A stretch of DNA of 64,000 bases from Eledone cirrhosa (Eukaryota). The first letter of the stretch is position 1. Each line of letters starts with the position of its first letter. The translations under genes were made by a program, and so were the position numbers. This document shows positions 1 to 10,450 of this stretch, one piece after another. The notes under the pieces were generated by a model. That model saw nothing but the letters and a program-made list of their open reading frames with translations. It ran no database searches and had not been told where the DNA came from. The stretch is from the NCBI GenBank assembly GCA_964016885.1, contig OZ024740.1, forward strand, positions 35,650,001 to 35,714,000, given 5' to 3'.

Positions 1-3000
1 GGTTTAACAGGTGACAGTTAGATGGAAGGTGTTGGGGTTCAACAGGCGACAGTTAGATGGAAGGTGTTGTGGTTTAACAGGTGACAGTTAGATGTAAGGT
101 GTACTGGTTTAACAGGCGACAGTGAGATGTAAGGTGTTTTGGTTTAACAGACGACAGTGAGATGTAAGGTGTTGTGGTTTAAAAGGTGTCAGTTCGATGT
201 AAGGTGTTGTGATTTAACAGGTGACAGTTAGATGCAAGGTGTAGGAGTTTAACAAGCAACAGTTAGATGTAAGGTGTTGTGGTTTAACAGGTGACAGTTA
301 GATGGCAGATTTGTGGTTCAACAGGCGACAGTTAGATGTAAGGTGTAGTGGTTTAACAGACGACAGTTAGATGTAAGGTGTAGTGGTTTAACAGAAGACA
401 GTTAGATGTAAGGTGTAGTGGGTCAACAGGCGACAGTTAGATATAAGGTGTCCTGGTTTAACAGACGACAGTTAGATCTAAGTTTTAGTGGTTTAACAGA
501 CGACAGTTAGATGTAAGCTGTAGTGGTTCAACAGACGACAGTTACATGTAAGGTGTTGTGGTTTAACAGGTGAAAGTTAGATGTAAGGTGTAGTGGTTTA
601 ACAGACGGCAGTTAGATGTAAGGTGTAGTGGTTTAATAGGCGACAGTTAGATGTAAGGTGTAGTGGTTTAACAGACGAGAGTTAAATGTAAGGTGTTGTG
701 GTTTAACAGGCGACAGTTAGATGTAAGGTGTTGTGGTTTAACAGACGTCAGTTAGATGTAAGGTGTTGTGGTTCAACGGACGAGAGTTAAATGTAAGGTG
801 TTGTGGTTTAACAGACGACAGTTAGATGTAATGAGTCGTTTAACAGTTGTTAGTTAGATGTAAGGTGTAGTGGTTTAACAGGTGACAGTTAGATGTAAGG
901 TGTTGTCGTTTAACAGGCGACAGTTAGATGGAAGGTGTTGTGGTTCAACATGCGACAGTTAGATGTATGGTGTTGTGGATTAACAGGCGACAGTGACATG
1001 TAAGATGTTGTGGTTTAACAGGCGACAGTGAGATGTAGGGTGTTGTGGTTTAACAGGTGACAGTGAGATGTAAGGTGTTGTGGTTCAACAGGCGACAGTT
1101 AGATGTATGGTGTTGTGGTTTAACAGGCGACAGTGACATGTAAGATGTTGTGGTTTAACAGGCGACAGTGAGATGTAAGGTGTAGTGGTTTAACAGGTGA
1201 CAGTTAGATGTAAGGTATAGTGGTTTAACAGGCGACAGTTAGATGTAAGGTGTTGTGGTTTAAGAGGCGACAGTGAGATGTAAGGTGTTGTGGTTCAACA
1301 GGCGACAGTTAGATGTAAGGTGTTGAGGTTTAACAGGTGACAGTTAGATGTAAGGTGTTGTGGTTTAACAGGCGACAGTAAGATGTAAGGTGTAGTTGGT
1401 TAACGGGTGACAGTTAGATGTAAGGTGTTGTCGTTTAACAGGCAACAGATAGATGGAAGGTGTTGTGGTTTAACAGGTGACAGTTAGATGTAAGGTATAG
1501 TGGTTTAACAGGCGACAGTGAGATGTAAGGTGTTGTGGTTCAACAGGCGACAGTTAAATGTAAGATGTTGTGGTTTAACAGACGACAGTGAGATGTAAGG
1601 TGTTGTGGTTTAACAGGCGACAGTGAGAGGTAAGGCGTTGTCGTTTAACAGGCGACAGTGAGATGTAAGGTGTTGTGGTTTAACAGGCGACAGTGAGATG
1701 TAAGGTGTAGTGGTTTAACAGGTGACAGTTAGATGTATGATGTTGTCGTTAAACAGGCGACAGTTAGATGTAAGGTGTTGTGGTTCAACAGGCGACAGTG
1801 AGATGTAAGGTGTTGTGGTTTCACAGGTGATAGTTAGATGTAAGGTGTTGTGGTTTAAGAGGCGACAGTTAGATGTATGGTGTTGTGGTTGAACAGGTGA
1901 CAGTTAGATGTAAGGTGTTGTTGTTTAACAGGCGACAGTGAGATGTAAGGTGTAGTGGGTTAACGGGTGACAGTTAGATGTAAGGTGTTGTCGTTTAACA
2001 GGCAACAGTTAGATGGAAGGTGTTGTGGTTTAACAGGTGACAGTTATATGTAAGGTATAGTGGTTTAACAGGCGACAGTGAGATGTAAGCTGTTGTGGTT
2101 CAACAGGCGACAGTTAGATGTAAGGTTTTGTGGTTTAACAGGTGACAGTTAGATGTAAGGTGTTGTGGTTTAACAGGCGACAGTGAGATGTAAGGTGTTG
2201 TGGTTTAACAGGTGACAGTTAGATGTAAGATGTTATGGTTTAACAGACGACAGTTAGATGTAATGTGTTGTGGTTCAACAGACGACAGTTAGATGTATGG
2301 TGTTGTGGTTTAAGAGTCGACAGTTATATGTAAGTGGTTGTGGTTTAACAGGTGACAGTTAGATGTAAGGTGTTGTGGTTTAACAGGTGACAGTTAGATG
2401 TAAGGTGTAGGGGTTTAACAGGCAACAGTTAGATGTAAGGTATTGTGGTTTAACAGGCGACAGTTAGATGTAATGTGTTCTGGTTTAACAGGTGACAGTT
2501 AGATGTAAGGTGTTGTGGTTTAACAGGCGACAGTGAGATGTAAGGCGTTGTGGTTTAACAGGCGACAGTTAGATATAAGGTGTTGTGTTTCAACAGGCGA
2601 CAGATAGATGTAAGTTGTTGTGTTTTAACATGTGACAGTTGTATGTAAGTTGTTGTGGTTTAACAGGCGACAGTTAGATGTATGGTGTTGTGGTTTAACA
2701 GGCAACAGTTAGATGTAAGGTGTAGTGGTTTAACAGACGACAGTTAGATGTAACGTGTTGTGGTTTAACAGGTGACAGTTAGATGGAAGGTGTTGGGGTT
2801 CAACAGGCGACAGTTAGATGGAAGGTGTTGTGGTTTAACAGGTGACAGTTAGATGTAAGGTGTACTGGTTTAACAGGCGACAGTGAGATGTAAGGTGTTT
2901 TGGTTTAACAGACGACAGTGAGATGTAAGGTGTTGTGGTTTAAAAGGTGTCAGTTCGATGTAAGGTGTTGTGATTTAACAGGTGACAGTTAGATGCAAGG

Positions 3001-4200
3001 TGTAGGAGTTTAACAAGCAACAGTTAGATGTAAGGTGTTGTGGTTTAACAGGTGACAGTTAGATGGCAGATTTTGTGGTTCAACAGGCGACAGTTAGATG
3101 TAAGGTGTAGTGGTTTAACAGACGACAGTTAGATGTAAGGTGTAGTGGTTTAACAGAAGACAGTTAGATGTAAGGTGTAGTGGGTCAACAGGCGACAGTT
3201 AGATATAAGGTGTCCTGGTTTAACAGACGACAGTTAGATCTAAGTTTTAGTGGTTTAACAGACGACAGTTAGATGTAAGCTGTAGTGGTTCAACAGACGA
3301 CAGTTACATGTAAGGTGTTGTGGTTTAACAGGTGAAAGTTAGATGTAAGGTGTAGTGGTTTAACAGACGGCAGTTAGATGTAAGGTGTAGTGGTTTAATA
3401 GGCGACAGTTAGATGTAAGGTGTAGTGGTTTAACAGACGAGAGTTAAATGTAAGGTGTTGTGGTTTAACAGGCGACAGTTAGATGTAAGGTGTTGTGGTT
3501 TAACAGACGTCAGTTAGATGTAAGGTGTTGTGGTTCAACGGACGAGAGTTAAATGTAAGGTGTTGTGGTTTAACAGACGACAGTTAGATGTAATGAGTCG
3601 TTTAACAGTTGTTAGTTAGATGTAAGGTGTAGTGGTTTAACAGGTGACAGTTAGATGTAAGGTGTTGTCGTTTAACAGGCGACAGTTAGATGGAAGGTGT
3701 TGTGGTTCAACATGCGACAGTTAGATGTATGGTGTTGTGGATTAACAGGCGACAGTGACATGTAAGATGTTGTGGTTTAACAGGCGACAGTGAGATGTAG
3801 GGTGTTGTGGTTTAACAGGTGACAGTGAGATGTAAGGTGTTGTGGTTCAACAGGCGACAGTTAGATGTATGGTGTTGTGGTTTAACAGGCGACAGTGACA
3901 TGTAAGATGTTGTGGTTTAACAGGCGACAGTGAGATGTAAGGTGTAGTGGTTTAACAGGTGACAGTTAGATGTAAGGTATAGTGGTTTAACAGGCGACAG
4001 TTAGATGTAAGGTGTTGTGGTTTAAGAGGCGACAGTGAGATGTAAGGTGTTGTGGTTCAACAGGCGACAGTTAGATGTAAGGTGTTGAGGTTTAACAGGT
4101 GACAGTTAGATGTAAGGTGTTGTGGTTTAACAGGCGACAGTAAGATGTAAGGTGTAGTTGGTTAACGGGTGACAGTTAGATGTAAGGTGTTGTCGTTTAA
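1..4200 (+). repeat. Higher-order duplication: ~1-1440 repeated at ~2762-4200 (offset 2761-2762 bp); a third related copy at ~4930-6400
   Basis: AGATCT at 474, 3236 and 5438; ATGAGTCG at 831, 3593 and 5795. Private variants GTACTGG, GTGATTTAAC, GGGTCAAC, GGATTAACAGG and CAGTAAGATG occur in the same order in the first two copies. Confidence 0.9.
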
Positions 4201-5719
4201 CAGGCAACAGTTAGATGGAAAGTGTTGTGGTTTAACAGGTGACAGTTAGATGTAAGGTATAGTGGTTTAACAGGCGACAGTGAGATGTAAGGTGTTGTGG
4301 TTCAACAGGCGACAGTTAGATGTAAGGTTTTGTGGTTTAACAGGTGACAGTTAGATGTAAGGTGTTGTGGTTTAACAGGCGACAGTGAGATGTAAGGTGT
4401 TGTGGTTTAACAGGCGACAGTGAGATGTAATGTGTTGTGGTTTAACAGGCGACAGTGAGATGTAAGGTGTAGTGGTTTAACAGGTGACAGTTAGATGTAT
4501 GATGTTGTCGTTAAACAGGCGACAGTTAGATGTAAGGTGTTGTGGTTCAACAGGCGACAGTTAGATGTAAGGTGTTGTGGTTTCACAGGTGATAGTTAGA
4601 TGTAAGGTGTTGTGGTTTAACAGACGACAGTTAGATGTATTGTGTTGTGGTTCAACAGACGACAGTTAGATGTAAGATTTTGTGGTTTAACAGGTGACAG
4701 TTAGATGTAAGGTGTTGTGGTTTAACAGGCGACAGTGAGATGTAAGGTGTTGTGTTTCAACAGGCGACAGTTAGATGTAAGTTGTTGTGTTTTAACATGT
4801 GACAATTGTATGTAAGTTGTTGTGGTTTAACAGGCGACAGTTAGATGTATGGTGTTGTGGTTTAACAGGCAACAGTTAGATGTAAGGTGTAGTGGTTTAA
4901 CAGACGACAGTTAGATGTAACGTGTTGTGGTTTAACAGGTGACAGTTAGATGTAAGGTGTTGGGGTTCAACAGGCGACAGTTAGATGGAAGGTGTTGTGG
5001 TTTAACAGGTGACAGTTAGATGTAAGGTGTAGTGGTTTAACAGGCGACAGTGAGATGTAAGGTGTTTTGGTTTAACAGACGACAGTGAGATGTAAGGTGT
5101 TGTGGTTTAAAAGGTGTCAGTTCGATGTAAGGTGTTGTGGTTTAACTGGTGACAGTTAGATGCAAGGTGTAGGAGTTTAACAAGCAACAGTTAGATGTAA
5201 GGTGTTGTGGTTTAACAGGTGACAGTTAGATGGCAGACTTTGTGGTTCAACAGGCGACAGTTAGATGTAAGGTGTAGTGGTTTAACAGACGACAGTTAGA
5301 TGTAAGGTGTAGTGGTTTAACAGACGACAGTTAGATGTAAGGTGTAGTGGTTTAACAGAAGACAGTTAGATGTAAGGTGTAGTGGTTCAACAGGCGACAG
5401 TTAGATGTAAGGTGTCCTGGTTTAACAGACGACAGTTAGATCTAAGTTTTAGTGGTTTAACAGACGACAGTTAGATGTAAGCTGTAGTGGTTCAACAGAC
5501 GACAGTTACATGTAAGGTGTTGTGGTTTAACAGGTGAAAGTTAGATGTAAGGTGTAGTGGTTTAACAGACGGCAGTTAGATGTAAGGTGTAGAGGTTTAA
5601 TAGGCGACAGTTAGATATAAGGTGTAGTGGTTTAACAGACGAGAGTTAAATGTAAGGTGTTGTGGTTTAACAGGCGACAGTTAGATGTAAGGTGTTGTGG
5701 TTTAACAGACGTCAGTTAG

Positions 5720-8700
5720 ATGTAAGGTGTTGTGGTTCAACGGACGAGAGTTAAATGTAAGGTGTTGTGGTTTAACAGACGACAGTTAGATGTAATGAGT
5801 CGTTTAACAGTTGTTAGTTAGATGTAAGGTGTAGTGGTTTAACAGGTGACAGTTAGATGTAAGGTGTTGTCGTTTAACAGGCGACAGTTAGATGGAAGGT
5901 GTTGTGGTTCAACATGCGACAGTTAGATGTATGGTGTTGTGGTTTAACAGGCGACAGTGACATGTAAGATGTTGTGGTTTAACAGGCGACAGTGAGATGT
6001 AGGGTGTTGTGGTTTAACAGGCGACAGTGAGATGTAAGGTGTTGTGGTTCAACAGGCGACAGTTAGATGTATGGTGTTGTGGTTTAACAGGCGACAGTGA
6101 CATGTAAGATGTTGTGGTTTAACAGGCGACAGTGAGATGTAAGGTGTAGTGGTTTAACAGGTGACAGTTAGATGTAAGGTATAGTGGTTTAACAGGCGAC
6201 AGTTAGATGTAAGGTGTTGTGGTTTAAGAGGCGACAGTACGATGTAAGGTGTTGTGGTTCAACAGGCGACAGTTAGATGTAAGGTGTTGAGGTTTAACAG
6301 GTGACAGTTAGATGTAAGGTGTTGTGGTTTAACAGGCGACAGTGAGATGTAAGGTGTAGTTGGTTAACGGGTGACAGTTAGATGTAAGGTGTTGTCGTTT
6401 AACAGGCAACAGTTAGATGGAAAGTGTTGTGGTTTAACAGGTGACAGTTAGATGTAAGGTATAGTGGTTTAACAGGCGACAGTGAGATGTAAGGTGTTGT
6501 GGTTCAACAGGCGACAGTTAGATGTAAGGTTTTGTGGTTTAACAGGTGACAGTTAGATGTAAGGTGTTGTGGTTTAACAGACGACAGTGAGATGTAAGGT
6601 GTTGTGGTTTAACAGGTGACAGTTAGATGTAAGATGTTGTGGTTTAACAGACGACAGTGAGATGTAAGGTGTTGTGGTTTAACAGGCGACAGTGAGATGT
6701 AAGGTGTTGTGGTTTAACAGGCGACAGTGAGATGTAAAGTGTTGTGGTTTAACAGGCGACAGTGAGATGTAAGGTGTAGTGGTTTAACAGGTGACAGTTA
6801 GATGTATGATGTTGTCGTTAAACAGGCGACAGTTAGATGTAAGGTGTTGTGGTTCAACAGGCGACAGTTAGATGTAAGGTTTTGTGGTTTAACAGGTGAC
6901 AGTTAGATGTAAGATGTTATGGTTTAACAGACGACAGTTAGATGTATTGTGTTGTGGTTCAACAGACGACAGTTAGATGTATGGTGTTGTGGTTTAACAG
7001 GCGACAGTTATATGTAAGTGGTTGTGGTTTAACAGGTGACAGTTAGATGTAAGGTGTTGTGGTTTAACAGGTGACAGTTAGACGTAAGGTGTAGGGGTTT
7101 AACAGACAACAGTTAGATGTAAGGTGTTGTGGTTTAACAGGCGACAGTTAGATGTAATGTGTTCTGGTTTATCAGGCAACAGTTTGATGTAAGGTGTTGT
7201 GGTTTAACAGGTGACAGTTAGATGTAAGGTGTAGTGGTGTAACAGACGACAGTTAGATGTAAGGTGTAGTGGTTTAACAGACGACAGTTAGATGTAAGGT
7301 GTACTGGTTTAACAGACGACAGTTATATGTAAGGTGTTGTGGATTAACAGCCGACAGTTTGATGTAAGTGTTGTGGTTTAACAGCCGACTGTTAGATGTA
7401 AGGTGTTGTGGTTTAACAGGTGACAGTTAGATGTAAGGTGTTGTGTTTCAACAGGCGACAGTTAGATGTAAGTTGTTGTGTTTTAACATGTGACAGTTGT
7501 ATGTAAGTTGTTGTGGTTTAACAGGCGACAGTTAGATGTATGGTGTTGTGGTTTAACAGGCGAAAGTTATATGAAAGGTGTTGTGTTTTATCAGGTGACA
7601 GTTAGATGTATGGGGTTGTGGTTTAACAGGCGACAGTTAGATGTATGGTGTTGTGGTTTAACAGGAGACAGTTAGATGTAAGGTGGTGTGGTTTAACAAA
7701 CGACAGTTAGATGTAAGGTGTTGTGGTTCAACAGGCAACATATAGATGTAAGGTGTTGTGGTTTAACAGGTGACAGTTAGATGTTAGGTGTTGTCTTTCA
7801 ACAGGTGACAGTCAGATGTAAGGTGTTGTGGTTTAACAGGTGACAGTTGTATGTAAGTTGTTGTGGTTTAACAGGCAACAGTTAGATGTAAGGTGTTGTG
7901 GTTTAACAGGCGACAGTTAGATGTAATGTGTTATGGTTTAACAGGTGACAGTTAGATGTAAGGTGTTGCGGTTTAACAAACGACAGTTAGATGTAAGGTG
8001 TTGTGGTTCAACGGACGAGAGTTAAATGTAAGGTGTTGTGGTTTAACAGACGACAGTTAGATGTAATGAGTCGTTTAACAGTTGTTAGTTAGATGTAAGG
8101 TGTAGTGGTTTAACAGGTGACAGTTAGATGTAAGGTGTTGTCGTTTAACAGGCGACAGTTAGATGGAAGGTGTTGTGGTTCAACATGCGACAGTTAGATG
8201 TATGGTGTTGTGGTTTAACAGGCGACAGTGACATGTAAGATGTTGTGGTTTAACAGGCGACAGTGAGATGTAGGGTGTTGTGGTTTAACAGGCGACAGTG
8301 AGATGTAAGGTGTTGTGGTTCAACAGGCGACAGTTAGATGTATGGTGTTGTGGTTTAACAGGCGACAGTGACATGTAAGATGTTGTGGTTTAACAGGCGA
8401 CAGTGAGATGTAAGGTGTAGTGGTTTAACAGGTGACAGTTAGATGTAAGGTATAGTGGTTTAACAGGCGACAGTTAGATGTAAGGTGTTGTGGTTTAAGA
8501 GGCGACAGTACGATGTAAGGTGTTGTGGTTCAACAGGCGACAGTTAGATGTAAGGTGTTGAGGTTTAACAGGTGACAGTTAGATGTAAGGTGTTGTGGTT
8601 TAACAGGCGACAGTGAGATGTAAGGTGTAGTTGGTTAACGGGTGACAGTTAGATGTAAGGTGTTGTCGTTTAACAGGCAACAGTTAGATGGAAAGTGTTG

Positions 8701-10450
8701 TGGTTTAACAGGTGACAGTTAGATGTAAGGTATAGTGGTTTAACAGGCGACAGTGAGATGTAAGGTGTTGTGGTTCAACAGGCGACAGTTAGATGTAAGG
8801 TTTTGTGGTTTAACAGGTGACAGTTAGATGTAAGGTGTTGTGGTTTAACAGACGACAGTGAGATGTAAGGTGTTGTGGTTTAACAGGTGACAGTTAGATG
8901 TAAGATGTTGTGGTTTAACAGACGACAGTGAGATGTAAGGTGTTGTGGTTTAACAGGCGACAGTGAGATGTAAGGTGTTGTGGTTTAACAGGCGACAGTG
9001 AGATGTAAAGTGTTGTGGTTTAACAGGCGACAGTGAGATGTAAGGTGTAGTGGTTTAACAGGTGACAGTTAGATGTATGATGTTGTCGTTAAACAGGCGA
9101 CAGTTAGATGTAAGGTGTTGTGGTTCAACAGGCGACAGTTAGATGTAAGGTGTTGTGGTTTCACAGGTGATAGTTAGATGTAAGGTGTTGTGGTTTAACA
9201 GACGACAGTTAGATGTATTGTGTTGTGGTTCAACAGACGACAGTTAGATGTAAGATTTTGTGGTTTAACAGGTGACAGTTAGATGTAAGGTGTTGTGGTT
9301 TAACAGGCGACAGTGAGATGTAAGGTGTTGTGGTTTAACAGGTGACAGTTAGATGTAAGATGTTATGGTTTAACAGACGACAGTTAGATGTATTGTGTTG
9401 TGGTTCAACAGACGACAGTTAGATGTATGGTGTTGTGGTTTAACAGGCGACAGTTATATGTAAGTGGTTGTGGTTTAACAGGTGACAGTTAGATGTAAGG
9501 TGTTGTGGTTTAACAGGTGACAGTTAGACGTAAGGTGTAGGGGTTTAACAGACAACAGTTAGATGTAAGGTGTTGTGGTTTAACAGGCGACAGTTAGATG
9601 TAATGTGTTCTGGTTTATCAGGCAACAGTTTGATGTAAGGTGTTGTGGTTTAACAGGTGACAGTTAGATGTAAGGTGTAGTGGTGTAACAGACGACAGTT
9701 AGATGTAAGGTGTAGTGGTTTAACAGACGACAGTTAGATGTAAGGTGTACTGGTTTAACAGACGACAGTTATATGTAAGGTGTTGTGGATTAACAGCCGA
9801 CAGTTTGATGTAAGTGTTGTGGTTTAACAGCCGACTGTTAGATGTAAGGTGTTGTGGTTTAACAGGTGACAGTTAGATGTAAGGTGTTGTGTTTCAACAG
9901 GCGACAGTTAGATGTAAGTTGTTGTGTTTTAACATGTGACAGTTGTATGTAAGTTGTTGTGGTTTAACAGGCGACAGTTAGATGTATGGTGTTGTGGTTT
10001 AACAGGCGAAAGTTATATGAAAGGTGTTGTGTTTTATCAGGTGACAGTTAGATGTATGGGGTTGTGGTTTAACAGGCGACAGTTAGATGTATGGTGTTGT
10101 GGTTTAACAGGAGACAGTTAGATGTAAGGTGGTGTGGTTTAACAAACGACAGTTAGATGTAAGGTGTTGTGGTTCAACAGGCAACATATAGATGTAAGGT
10201 GTTGTGGTTTAACAGGTGACAGTTAGATGTTAGGTGTTGTCTTTCAACAGGTGACAGTCAGATGTAAGGTGTTGTGGTTTAACAGGTGACAGTTGTATGT
10301 AAGTTGTTGTGGTTTAACAGGCAACAGTTAGATGTAAGGTGTTGTGGTTTAACAGGCGACAGTTAGATGTAATGTGTTATGGTTTAACAGGTGACAGTTA
10401 GATGTAAGGTGTTGCGGTTTAACAAACGACAGTTAGATGTAAGGTGTTGT
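5720..10450 (+). repeat. Tandem duplication of a ~2.3-2.45 kb higher-order unit
   Basis: GCGACAGTAC at 6231 and 8502 and ATGAGTCG at 5795 and 8066 give offset 2271. ORFs 7490/9936 and GTTGCG 7965/10411 give offset 2446. The 175-bp difference is five extra monomers near 9150-9320. Confidence 0.92.

Noticed and set aside
1-105. Intrinsic curvature or nucleosome phasing (3 monomers = 105 bp = 10 helical turns)
   Set aside because: No phased A-tracts; TA steps are spaced 14, 6 and 15 bp rather than about 10, so the arithmetic is probably coincidental.
828-860. Hammerhead ribozyme as in newt or schistosome satellites (GTAATGAG resembles CTGATGAG)
   Set aside because: The core is mismatched, there is no suitably placed GAAA, and I cannot form the three stems.
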